DNA from: a virus
Lineage: Duplodnaviria > Caudoviricetes
Virus record (IMG/VR): IMGVR_UViG_3300015214_000001
Span: 64,001 to 128,000 of that record
DNA: 64,000 bases
Strand: one strand, 5' to 3'
Shown: positions 20,277 through 29,387 of the stretch, piece after piece
Layout: every line of letters starts with the position of its first letter
Position numbering within the stretch: the first letter of the stretch is position 1
Made by a program: the position numbers and the translations under genes
The notes under the pieces: generated by a model
The model's input: the letters and a program-made list of their open reading frames with translations, nothing else
What the model was told of the DNA's origin: nothing
Database searches by the model: none

Positions 20277-21392
20277 TCACGCTAAAAATGTGTATCTAAT
20301 GTCTTTCAATCCTGTTTCACGAGACAGCGCTTCATGAAATGTTGTTTCATCAATGTTGATAATTAAACATTCACCACCATTTGAAACACTCATTTGGCAC
20401 AAAAGGGGCGCAGCATCATTTAATGTTGAACCAAGCCAAGAGTTTTCAATTTTAATGCTACTTGTGTCCACATAATATCCATTTTGGTTCACCGACATAA
20501 AAAATATTTGTTGGTGATTTTGATCGCCAATGTTTGTTTGAATTGTAGATTCTCGCAACAAAAAGAACTCGGCTTGCAAATGTAGGCGAGCATAGGATTG
20601 AGCGTAAGTCATGACACGATAAGGCAAATGTATCCAGTCATTAATAGGAACAGGATGTGATCCGCCACCATCGCCATAGCCGATATTGTAATACCCATGT
20701 AGATCATTCAATGAGTGCAATTTGTCTTGAGGAACTAAATAATAGTTACCTTGTTTATTTTGCTGAGTTACTTCTTCACCTTGCATCCATCCATCAAATT
20801 GCAACTCATCTGGATTTGAACCTGACACAAGCGCGTAAATATTAGCTTGTTTTATCGTATCGCTCGGAATTGTCATCGCTTGGCCAAACCGCATATTATG
20901 AACAACGGTAAAAAAACTATCCTCAATGCCATTTTCAGATGTTATAACACGAGCTTTTATTTCAGATGGAAGCTCTAAATAGCCAAGCATATCTGCCATA
21001 AAGCGATATGCGTTTTTTTGCATAACATCTTTATCAAGTGATTTGCTATCCGATGCGCTATATGTTGATCTACGAGCATCTTCGGTGGTCAACCAAATAG
21101 AACCAGTGTCTTTCAGAATGAAGGGCAGGGTAGATAATACTTGTGCTACAGATGACACATGATTAGCTAATTGTCGTGCGGTTAATGGCGCATCAAAATC
21201 GACTTGAACTTCAAATTTCGGCACATTAAAAATAACACTGTCGAATTTTTTGCGTTGCGAACTCAAATCCAATATAGATGAGCCAATCATAGCTAATTTA
21301 TCATGTGGGTTTACATGACCCCGACTGTGATTAGTTGGGGCTTTTCCTTGTTTCGATGTCTGTTTGTTAGGTGGTAATGGCGGGCTTGCCAT
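20277..21392 (-). CDS. degenerate DNA methyltransferase-fold protein with an inserted domain
   Basis: LKDTGSIWL, LPYRV and HQQIFFMS..YYVD resemble beta-class MTase segments; catalytic motifs are absent. Confidence 0.4.
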   Translation of the reverse strand: MASPPLPPNKQTSKQGKAPTNHSRGHVNPHDKLAMIGSSILDLSSQRKKFDSVIFNVPKFEVQVDFDAPLTARQLANHVSSVAQVLSTLPFILKDTGSIWLTTEDARRSTYSASDSKSLDKDVMQKNAYRFMADMLGYLELPSEIKARVITSENGIEDSFFTVVHNMRFGQAMTIPSDTIKQANIYALVSGSNPDELQFDGWMQGEEVTQQNKQGNYYLVPQDKLHSLNDLHGYYNIGYGDGGGSHPVPINDWIHLPYRVMTYAQSYARLHLQAEFFLLRESTIQTNIGDQNHQQIFFMSVNQNGYYVDTSSIKIENSWLGSTLNDAAPLLCQMSVSNGGECLIINIDETTFHEALSRETGLKDIRYTFLA

Positions 21393-21406
21393 GTTATTCC
21401 TTTCTG

Positions 21407-21910
21407 TTAGTCTTTGGCGCGTTCGTATTTATAGACAGGATTTCCAGAACGTCCACGGATGTACGTCCAGAAATATTTACCTTTACTATCAGCATCTTTC
21501 ATGCCATTGAAAACACTCACAGGCACGTCAAAGTAGATATAAGTTACTCCACCTTTAACGAATTTTACAGTCAGGGTTTTAATCTTTGGTGAATAAGCGA
21601 CACTTTCCACCATCGAACTGTTCCTGACATCAAACGACATAACCTGTGTCTCTGATCGTTTTGGCAAACGGTTGCGGAAAAAATCTCGCAACTTGGTTAT
21701 GATTGACTCTAAACCAGGTATGCCCATACTCTTTACGCTTTTGTTTGCGCCAACAACAAGGTCATACACATCAGTAACCCTATAGTTAGCTGTTGGCTCA
21801 AAGTCATTGAACTGAGGCTCTTTTGACTTTGCCTTTAATTCTACATCTTTTTTGACATCACTCAAACTATTTACTCCTGCTAATTCTAAAGTCTTTTGTG
21901 TTAGCTTCAT
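21407..21910 (-). CDS. KTSC domain protein
   Basis: NSSMVESVAYS..TLTVKF..G.TYIYFDVP....M..ADSKGKYF..YIRG. Confidence 0.85.
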   Translation of the reverse strand: MKLTQKTLELAGVNSLSDVKKDVELKAKSKEPQFNDFEPTANYRVTDVYDLVVGANKSVKSMGIPGLESIITKLRDFFRNRLPKRSETQVMSFDVRNSSMVESVAYSPKIKTLTVKFVKGGVTYIYFDVPVSVFNGMKDADSKGKYFWTYIRGRSGNPVYKYERAKD

Positions 21911-22150
21911 TGCTTTTACCTCTATCGTAGTATCAAATAGTTAAATAGACAATGGGCAATTATAAAGAATTACCCAATTATCAACTTATTGTATCACTTC
22001 AATTGGTCTATTTTTCTCTTAAAAACGTGGAAGTCGTCGTTTTTGAGAGAGGGTAATTTATTATGTAACAATACTCGAACTTGTTTTTAATTTGTTGATG
22101 TGGCAGAATTGCTGGAAAAATAAATATCATACAGATAGGAAAGGGTAGAT

Positions 22151-23257
22151 ATGGATTTAGAAAGTTTAAAGATTTTACAAACGCTTACAGATAATGAGCG
22201 TTTAAATGCGCGTGAAGCTGCGGCTCGCGTGATTGTTCGGATGGCAGGTGAACCACCAACGCGCGACAAATTTACGAATGCTCAATCCGCGTATCCAGCG
22301 TGGTTTAGTAAGTTCGTTGTTGTGTTGATGGCGGTTGTTTTTGTTGCATCAGCGATGCCTAGTCTTTTTCGTGTCTTTACAGCAGGGCGTGACCATTTTC
22401 AAGATAGCATTACAACATATAGAATAGATGAAGCCACATTGAACCTGCTTGATGAAACGTTAATTTCACAAAGTGACCAACAACAAGCTACCCCAAGCCA
22501 TATCGCTTTGCAAGGAGCAATTGTTGGCATCAGCACATTTTTACTATCTGAGTTCTTGATTATCTTATCTGTGATCGTAGCGAATGTCTACTTCACTGGT
22601 AAGTTCAGGCTTGTGTTTATTATTCCTGTATCAATGGGTTTAGCTATCGCATATGTGGGAAACTGGACGGTAACGCGACCAAATGATTTGTTTGGTTGGC
22701 TTGAAACCATCATACCGCCGACTGCGGTATTATTCTTAGGTTTTATTGGTGAACGTCTTGTGCTTGATAGTATTCAAACTCGCCACGCCAACGAAGTTGC
22801 ATATCAGGAAGCGTATCAAGCATACCAAGCAATCGCCACAGAGCCTGAAAAATCGCCAGAGTGGTTGCCACGATATGCTAATGCTTTGAAAAATGCTCTA
22901 ATAGATGCAAATAAAAAAGGTCAGGGCGCGACAGCACGCATGAATTTGATGAATACGCTTACATCGAGAGAATGGAGCTATTTAGTTAAGAGAGAACTGG
23001 AAGAACTAAACTGGTATTCTACAATCCAAGTTGAATCTCCACCAACACAACAAGCACCAATGCCTGCTATTGAAGAAGAAAAATCATCGTCGCCCTTATT
23101 AGAAACTACACCAACGCCTATTGTTGATGTAGTTGTCGAAATGGAATCGCCGTTGCCATTTGATGCTAACGAAAAACAAGAATCTTCTAATGGTGTTTCT
23201 TTATTATCTGATGAGCAAAATATTCCCGAAGGTGATGATGCCATAAACCCTACGTAA
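22151..23257 (+). CDS. four-TM membrane protein; probable -1 frameshift extension to 23673
   Basis: Hydrophobic segments and an acidic Pro-rich tail; A_AAC_CCT heptamer just before the stop. Confidence 0.75.
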   Translation: MDLESLKILQTLTDNERLNAREAAARVIVRMAGEPPTRDKFTNAQSAYPAWFSKFVVVLMAVVFVASAMPSLFRVFTAGRDHFQDSITTYRIDEATLNLLDETLISQSDQQQATPSHIALQGAIVGISTFLLSEFLIILSVIVANVYFTGKFRLVFIIPVSMGLAIAYVGNWTVTRPNDLFGWLETIIPPTAVLFLGFIGERLVLDSIQTRHANEVAYQEAYQAYQAIATEPEKSPEWLPRYANALKNALIDANKKGQGATARMNLMNTLTSREWSYLVKRELEELNWYSTIQVESPPTQQAPMPAIEEEKSSSPLLETTPTPIVDVVVEMESPLPFDANEKQESSNGVSLLSDEQNIPEGDDAINPT

Positions 23258-23294
23258 GCGGCACGGGAGATCGCAACCCTGAACCCGTGTCCGC
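23245..23294 (+). other. programmed -1 ribosomal frameshift signal
   Basis: X_XXY_YYZ heptamer AAACCCT (23245-23251), 6 nt spacer, stem GCGGCACGGG / CCCGTGTCCGC. Confidence 0.7.
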
Positions 23295-23673
23295 TAATGT
23301 AGAAGGGCTAGACTTCGTAGATGAAGAAAGGAAAAAAGAAATGAAATGGGAAAAAGTATGGAATGATGGTTTGAATCTCAGGTCACGCGAATATTTAAAT
23401 TGGCTGATGAGCGATGGCGCAAATGATGAAGCAGGAGTTCCTTATATGAAGCGCCTAACATCAGAAAAAAGTGGTCTATCAATTAGAAAATTAGTGGAGA
23501 TTATGAAAAATAATAATGTGGATGCAACCGTATCCACCGTTAATCGCTTCTTAGGAATTTTGAATACAAGGGGCTATGATAGATATATTAAAATGCGTGC
23601 TGATGAAGAAGGTCGTGATTTATCAGAGTTATTTGATAACTACAGCCAAAGAAAACTTGACAACAAATGGTAA
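23287..23673 (+). CDS. HTH-like domain, likely the frameshifted C-terminus of the 22151 protein
   Basis: GLSIRKLVEIM..ATVSTVNRFL; frame open from 23239; no RBS before the GTG. Confidence 0.6.
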   Translation: MSANVEGLDFVDEERKKEMKWEKVWNDGLNLRSREYLNWLMSDGANDEAGVPYMKRLTSEKSGLSIRKLVEIMKNNNVDATVSTVNRFLGILNTRGYDRYIKMRADEEGRDLSELFDNYSQRKLDNKW

Positions 23674-23724
23674 GTAACATTTGAACTACAGCGCTTGTCA
23701 TGTATAATAGTTATGACAAGCGCA

Positions 23725-23833
23725 TGATTATTGCTAGGTCATCGGTTAGATGGCAGTCCTTTTCAGGATGAGTTCCTAGCACATGGTGTCTAATGGATGC
23801 AAAAAAAAGACTGCTTATAAACAGTCTTTTTTT
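23725..23833 (+). ncRNA. candidate small structured RNA
   Basis: Own TTGAAC-N16-TATAAT promoter, nested hairpins and a terminator; no ORF. Confidence 0.4.
23801..23833. terminator. bidirectional intrinsic terminator
   Basis: aaaaaaaagactg / cagtcttttttt hairpin. Confidence 0.75.
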
Positions 23834-23850
23834 GTCCTTGACGTTGGCTT

Positions 23851-24975
23851 TTATTGTCCTTCAATCCATTCCAGTCTGTCATAGTAAGGATGCCCTGAGT
23901 TTGCAATCTTCTTGATCCCCTTCAATAACATTTCTTTTGGTAAGGGTGTTTTGTATTCTGACAACTTAATGTCCATATTTGCCAGCGTATCAAGTAACTG
24001 TCTGTAACCATGTCTTGAGTCGTGGTAATACACAGTATCATGATCTTCTGTGATCTTAGTCCCATCTGGTGCTAAGGTGTATCCATATAAAGTTAGAACG
24101 GTATTGCTCAAATTCTTACGCAATGAAGCCGCATTAATCGGCATTGTAAATACCGTATTGGCGGGTAAATTACGCAAGTCTGAGAACAACTCACAATGCG
24201 TTGCTTTTGGCGTATTAGATTGCTTCACTGGTGTTTTAGGTTTTGCTGGTTTCGGCACTTCATTTGATGCAGGTGTATCGTTTTCTGTAATCTCTTTTTT
24301 AGCAGTTGTCTTTTTAGAAGCCGTCGCTTTCTTCCGCTGTGATGTGCGCTTGGCATGAGATGAAATGCCATATGTGCTTTTCCCATGTGGGTTCAAATTT
24401 ACGCCATTACTCATTGACATAGTGATATTGTCATAACAAGCAACCGCATATAATATGCGGATATATGCTTCACGCATATCAGTATAGTTTGTAACAGTCA
24501 GGCTATGGACTCTGCCTGCTTGATCGACAATATCACCGAACACAGTGACAACTGGCTCGCCTTGCTTAGATGGTAACTTCCATTCTGTTTGGCATACTGG
24601 GTCATCCTCCAACGGGATGGCAAACTCATCATCTTTAGTTTTCCAGTAATCTAAAAATAATTGCTCCCATTTCCAAATGGTCTCGTTGGCAACAGAAAAT
24701 AATAAAGCAGTATATAATTCAACTTCATTATCTTTGACTAGTGACCGTAGAACTGGGTGTGTTCTGACAATGTAAATGATATTAGTGATAACATCAAATT
24801 TATCATCACCAACTTCATGTTCACTATCATCAGCAAAAAAGCCTACATTTCTTTTTGTGGACATAATTTGCTCAGATGCCACATTAATGTTTTTTTCTTC
24901 CTCAGAGAGATTGTTATATCTCTCCCACAGTTCCTGTAAAAAATTTTTTAATTGATCTTCTGTATAACTCATCAC
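23851..24975 (-). CDS. hypothetical protein
   Basis: 374 aa ORF with a Lys-rich linker. Confidence 0.75.
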   Translation of the reverse strand: MMSYTEDQLKNFLQELWERYNNLSEEEKNINVASEQIMSTKRNVGFFADDSEHEVGDDKFDVITNIIYIVRTHPVLRSLVKDNEVELYTALLFSVANETIWKWEQLFLDYWKTKDDEFAIPLEDDPVCQTEWKLPSKQGEPVVTVFGDIVDQAGRVHSLTVTNYTDMREAYIRILYAVACYDNITMSMSNGVNLNPHGKSTYGISSHAKRTSQRKKATASKKTTAKKEITENDTPASNEVPKPAKPKTPVKQSNTPKATHCELFSDLRNLPANTVFTMPINAASLRKNLSNTVLTLYGYTLAPDGTKITEDHDTVYYHDSRHGYRQLLDTLANMDIKLSEYKTPLPKEMLLKGIKKIANSGHPYYDRLEWIEGQ

Positions 24976-25113
24976 TATTTCCTTGTGCTACTATTCTTTT
25001 AATCTCATTGTACACACAGACTTTTATTTGCCAACCGTTTTTCTGTGAAATATTGACATAATTTACAAATCTTAACAAAACATTTACAAAACATACTTGC
25101 GTTTCATATTCAA

Positions 25114-25818
25114 TTGATCTATAGTTTAAACATAAGCACACACAAGGAGATAAAACAAATGAATGTCCAAATTTCCCCAGTTATCGTAATTATCATTAGC
25201 TACATCGTTAGCTATTATTTGTCTCTCGCCGTTGCAATGGCGACCAGTTTTGAGTATAAAAAAAGCAACATTCTGTTGCACCTCATCTTGTTGCCACTTA
25301 CGATGACACTTCATTTTATGGTTGAACGTAATGGTCGGCAGAATGAGTGGGAAGTTTTCTTCTTCCCACTGTGGTTTCCCATTCTTGTGCTACGGGATTT
25401 ATTGCGTTTGGGATTAGCGTCAGTGGGGTTCACCCTCATGATCGCAAGTTATATTGTTCAATGGGTAGTTGCGGTTATCCATCCGCAGAATGATATGATT
25501 TCAAGTCTATTCTGGGCGCTTCGTCGCGCCAATATGGAAGTTATTAATGCAGAGGAATTCCTCGCGTTACAAGAAAAATATAATGATCTTGCTGCTCTAA
25601 ACATTGTTATGCAACAAGACATCGACCAGCAGAAGCGCTCTAATGCGTTCATGAAAAAAGTGGTAGAGGCAGCTAGTCAACAACAAGTGCCACTTGATAG
25701 CAAAGTGTTAGCGCTAATGGATGTCAACCCACCAGTAGACACTACACCTCGAGCAGTTGTGACTGGACAATTAAATAGGCTGCCACACCCAGACAAGCGG
25801 CCTACACTTAGAGGGTAA
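25114..25818 (+). CDS. membrane protein with coiled coil
   Basis: Hydrophobic N-terminal half; likely start 25159 after AAGGAG; terminator follows. Confidence 0.7.
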   Translation: MIYSLNISTHKEIKQMNVQISPVIVIIISYIVSYYLSLAVAMATSFEYKKSNILLHLILLPLTMTLHFMVERNGRQNEWEVFFFPLWFPILVLRDLLRLGLASVGFTLMIASYIVQWVVAVIHPQNDMISSLFWALRRANMEVINAEEFLALQEKYNDLAALNIVMQQDIDQQKRSNAFMKKVVEAASQQQVPLDSKVLALMDVNPPVDTTPRAVVTGQLNRLPHPDKRPTLRG

Positions 25819-25924
25819 TAATTATAAAAAGAGGTGATCTTATCACCTCTTTTTTGATTCTTGTTAAATAATCAGGTAGCGATGTATAATTGCTTTAACT
25901 TGTTAGAGTTAGGAGTGTAATAAA

Positions 25925-26938
25925 TTGACAACCCATTTAGCAGAGAGTGATAGCAATACCGTTGAGATCGTAGGCTTACATAAGCACTACGATGATTATT
26001 TAGCCACAGAAAATCTACATGAAGCTGTCATCAACGATATTAGTGAAACAATCCGTATTCGTCGGAATAACCATCGACATAATGTGGTGCTTAGTTTACG
26101 TGCAGGAAAGCTACTACTGGAAGTAATTAAACCGACTATTGAACATGGTCATTGGCAAAATTGGATTGTCGAAAACGCAACGCGAATTGGCTATGATTCT
26201 ATCGGCAATGACCCAGTTCGCCTTGCTCAAGGTGATATGCAATTATGGAAAACGTGGAAGGAACACATTCCACGCTTAATCGAGATTGGAGCAATAAGCC
26301 CTATGCTCGACAGCAGTAACCCTCAGTTAGAGGAACAACTTGTGCAATCTATGAATGATGAACACATCAATATCTCATTAGCTGCTATGCAGACATTTGT
26401 TTCTAAGAATGTGCCAGAGGTTGCCATTGACCGAGCAATCATTGAACTTGTTGAAACAAAGAAATTAACCTCAGAAGATGCTAAACGGATCGTAGCGGCA
26501 TCAACAGCAATTGAGAACCTACCTGATGATATGAAATCCATCGGACAAACCCTTTACGATAAAGGGTTGAGAAATGCCGATATTATCAAGCGTTTACCCG
26601 ATATGATTAGTGAGCATGAAGAAGTTGTAGAAGAAATGATCTTGTCAGGACACCTTCATGTGCCAGGAGTAGGTAATGGAGAAGGGCAACAAATACCCAT
26701 CAGAGATATATCAACAACTGATGTTGATATTGTAACAAATCGCGCTGATATTGAGCAAGAGTTAACAATTATACAGGAAACACGATCAAGTCTTGATGCT
26801 CAAAAAGACCGCAAGCAAAACTTCACATACTTGGAATCGTTTCAAGGAACAAAAGAACAGATTATTCATCAGCTTAATCAACTGATGGCAACTAATCCTG
26901 ATGCTATTTATGAGGTTTCTGCTTTTATTAAAAAGTAG
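25925..26938 (+). CDS. DUF3102-like domain protein
   Basis: AGKLLLEV..IEHGHWQNWIVEN resembles the HGEW..W motif; AGGAG RBS. Confidence 0.45.
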   Translation: MTTHLAESDSNTVEIVGLHKHYDDYLATENLHEAVINDISETIRIRRNNHRHNVVLSLRAGKLLLEVIKPTIEHGHWQNWIVENATRIGYDSIGNDPVRLAQGDMQLWKTWKEHIPRLIEIGAISPMLDSSNPQLEEQLVQSMNDEHINISLAAMQTFVSKNVPEVAIDRAIIELVETKKLTSEDAKRIVAASTAIENLPDDMKSIGQTLYDKGLRNADIIKRLPDMISEHEEVVEEMILSGHLHVPGVGNGEGQQIPIRDISTTDVDIVTNRADIEQELTIIQETRSSLDAQKDRKQNFTYLESFQGTKEQIIHQLNQLMATNPDAIYEVSAFIKK

Positions 26939-27025
26939 GCGCTTAAATCCGTTAGATAGATGCGAAAACCGCCCTCAGGGTGTGTTATAATTTGTCCATG
27001 ATAACTATCGCTTAGTGAGGTCAAT

Positions 27026-27619
27026 ATGAGTTATAAATACACATTCCCTAATTCACGAACAATCAAGGCGTTATTGTCCCGAGTATCTGAGTATGATGGG
27101 TTAAAACCACATTATTTAGAGTTTGGGAATACCTATGGGCGGCGTGAAGTTAGATCGCCCGAAGATTTTCTTGAAATTTGGTATGATTTTGTTTCACGTG
27201 TGGATGATGCTGATGGGCGTAAGTTATTAATCGCCAATGTTCACTCATATATCGGTTATCTGGTTAAGTCATATAACCCATTTTTCTACGCTCAGATAAT
27301 ATCTCTCTATGTAGAGCCTGATATTAATGTTTTGGTGACGAATGATGAGGCTCAAGTTGAGCTTGAATTGCCGACAGATGAACAGCCGATTGCCGATCCG
27401 TTAGACGACATTGAGAATGAAACAGAAGTTGATGTAGATAGTAGCAGTGAACAAAGCGATGAAAGTGTAAATGTTGATATATCGCTAGATGAAATTAACA
27501 ATGCGACAGTTAATAAGCTCAAAGAGATTGCCACTGAATATGGCATTGATTTAGAAGGAAAATCTAAAAAAGATGACATTAAATTATCAATCGTTGAGTT
27601 TTTCGGTTTTTCTTCATAA
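27026..27619 (+). CDS. protein with C-terminal Rho-N/HeH nucleic-acid-binding domain
   Basis: TVNKLKEIATEYGIDLEGKSKKDDI after an acidic linker. Confidence 0.65.
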   Translation: MSYKYTFPNSRTIKALLSRVSEYDGLKPHYLEFGNTYGRREVRSPEDFLEIWYDFVSRVDDADGRKLLIANVHSYIGYLVKSYNPFFYAQIISLYVEPDINVLVTNDEAQVELELPTDEQPIADPLDDIENETEVDVDSSSEQSDESVNVDISLDEINNATVNKLKEIATEYGIDLEGKSKKDDIKLSIVEFFGFSS

Positions 27620-27795
27620 TTAGGGGTTGCATTATAAAGCGCCTTGTGTATAATGTTAATTATGAAGTGTGATGATGTTCTACGCACGAGAGAGTAGATA
27701 GTTACACTTCATGAAAGCTAATGGGCTTACTTCTTTATCATGTTTAGTTGTTTTTTAAGTTGCACTATACCGTAACATACAGTGCAACTTAAAAA

Positions 27796-27867
27796 GTCCT
27801 TGTAGCTCAGTGGATAGAGCAGTAGTTTCCTAAACTATGAGCGCAGGTTCGAGTCCTGCCAAGGGCA
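27796..27867 (+). tRNA. tRNA-Arg(CCT)
   Basis: GTCCTTG/CAAGGGC acceptor stem, TAGCTCAGTGG D-arm, GTAGT-TTCCTAA-ACTAT anticodon arm, GGTTCGAGTCC T-arm; no encoded CCA. Confidence 0.93.
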
Positions 27868-27990
27868 TAGGGTTCATCCCCTAGAAAATGGAAACTTTTC
27901 ATTTTCTCCTTGTGTTGGGGTGGTTGGTTTTGATCTGGACAGTCTTTCGCCAGCCACCCCTTTTAAAACACAATTTTAACAAAACCATAC

Positions 27991-28063
27991 GGGCCTATAG
28001 CTTAATGGTCAAAGCCGCGACCTCATAAGTCGTTGAGTCTAGGTTCGAATCCTAGTGGGCCCA
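27991..28063 (+). tRNA. tRNA-Ile2/Met(CAT), probably Ile2
   Basis: GGGCCTA/TGGGCCC acceptor stem typical of Ile tRNAs; GCGAC-CTCATAA-GTCGT; GGTTCGAATCC. Confidence 0.9.
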
Positions 28064-28068
28064 CATAT

Positions 28069-28141
28069 ACCCTCATAGTTCAGCGGAAAGAACAATAGCC
28101 TTCTAAGCTATGTGTCGCAGGTTCGAGTCCTGCTGAGGGTA
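28069..28141 (+). tRNA. tRNA-Arg(TCT)
   Basis: ACCCTCA/TGAGGGT acceptor stem; ATAGC-CTTCTAA-GCTAT; GGTTCGAGTCC. Confidence 0.93.
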
Positions 28142-28144
28142 CTT

Positions 28145-28211
28145 AGAGAAGTGGTGGTCTTATTGCTAGTGGATACTAGTGGTAAAACGGTTCAACTCCG
28201 TTGCTTCTCTC
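28145..28211 (+). ncRNA. tRNA-like element lacking a D-stem and canonical anticodon loop
   Basis: AGAGAAGT/GCTTCTCT stem, AACGG-TTCAACT-CCGTT T-arm, 11 bp stem with a GGAT tetraloop. Confidence 0.6.
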
Positions 28212-28214
28212 AAT

Positions 28215-28546
28215 GGCGGATGTGCGAGGCATTTTCGTCAGTCCTGCGAATGGTGTATAGCAGGTACGTTTAGATGTGACTTGGGCAGGATTTACTGCAC
28301 CTAATAAAGCCATTCACACATCTGAATTAGCAAGAGAGAAATGGCGAGTCCTCCTAACACCAATAGGGGGCAAATATATGTTTTGGGGTTGTGACCAGAC
28401 ACACGTATTGCCTATCGTGGCATCAGGTAGCAATAACGTATAAATAGGTGCAAGTCTTAGCCTTTTGGAGCGCCAACTGTGCTGGCTGTGAAGAAGAAGG
28501 GCTTTTATAGGCGGGGCGCATCTGAATAGCACAGAGCGCCCTTTTT
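28215..28546 (+). ncRNA. candidate ~330 nt structured RNA
   Basis: GC-richer than its flanks, no credible ORF, several long-range complementary segments, U-tract at the end. Confidence 0.5.
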
Positions 28547-28579
28547 AAATTAAAATTCATGTTTATGAGGTAAAAATAG

Positions 28580-29344
28580 ATGGCTGTCAATTGGTCACAG
28601 ATGTTTATAGATGAAAATGGCAATATTGTAACGTTATCATATAACGACATATATAGTGTAGATGACGAGAAGTGGTTAGACAAAAAGACTATCCAAGATT
28701 TTCTGAATGATCTCGCGGGATACTATGAGCTAGTGCCATATACCGCGAAAAGCGTAGTGGGGGGGGTAGAATCTGAAAAGACAAGTGAGCCAACCCCTCT
28801 CAGTAATGGCGTTGCTGATTATGAATTTGAAGCAATTGCACGCTTAGAGGTGGCAGAGAAAGATGATGGTGTAGATACAGGTAATACTGTTCCTGCCATC
28901 GCCCTCTATCCTCCGATGAATAAAGAAGGTACGTTTGGTGTACACCCCAGTATGAAAATCTACCTTAACGAAGGCCTCAATGACCCTATTATTCCAGCGA
29001 TTGATAAGTGGTTAGCGCCTTATGGTTTGTCGTTTGCAAAATTGCCGATGCCAAACACAACAACGGTAAACCCACGCAAACCAGGTGTTAAGAATAACAC
29101 GCACGTCTACTTTGAAGATCACGCCAAGTCTGAAACGTTTAACAATCTGAAAGCGTGGGAAAAAAGACCAGCCTTGCGAGTCGGTTATTACTGGAAGAAA
29201 AATAAGGATGGGACTAAGAAATATGCCACACCTTATTTTAAATTGGATGAGGTTCATTTCTATACCTTAGACGAGATTAATAAGAAGCGCGAAAGTAGGT
29301 CTTTTCAGTACCCACCACGTCCGATTGACATCGTAGGTGATTAG
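28580..29344 (+). CDS. hypothetical protein
   Basis: 254 aa ORF with GAGG RBS and terminator; in-frame G8 tract at 28759-28766. Confidence 0.75.
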   Translation: MAVNWSQMFIDENGNIVTLSYNDIYSVDDEKWLDKKTIQDFLNDLAGYYELVPYTAKSVVGGVESEKTSEPTPLSNGVADYEFEAIARLEVAEKDDGVDTGNTVPAIALYPPMNKEGTFGVHPSMKIYLNEGLNDPIIPAIDKWLAPYGLSFAKLPMPNTTTVNPRKPGVKNNTHVYFEDHAKSETFNNLKAWEKRPALRVGYYWKKNKDGTKKYATPYFKLDEVHFYTLDEINKKRESRSFQYPPRPIDIVGD

Positions 29345-29387
29345 GTGAAAGAGGGGAAATTCCCCTCTTTTTGTTCCATTTTGAACC

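Noticed and set aside
23725-23800. Hammerhead or HDV-like (theta) ribozyme
   Set aside because: No CUGAnGA/GAAA core, and the HDV nested double pseudoknot could not be fitted by eye
28145-28546. tmRNA or RNase P RNA
   Set aside because: No GGGG 5' end with G3-U70, no tag reading frame and no GAGGAAAGUCC-type RNase P motif; kept as unknown RNAs
28314-28683. Minus-strand ORFs 28314-28532 and 28423-28683
   Set aside because: Antisense to the tRNA operon and the 28580 gene, no RBS; the region is better explained as plus-strand RNA
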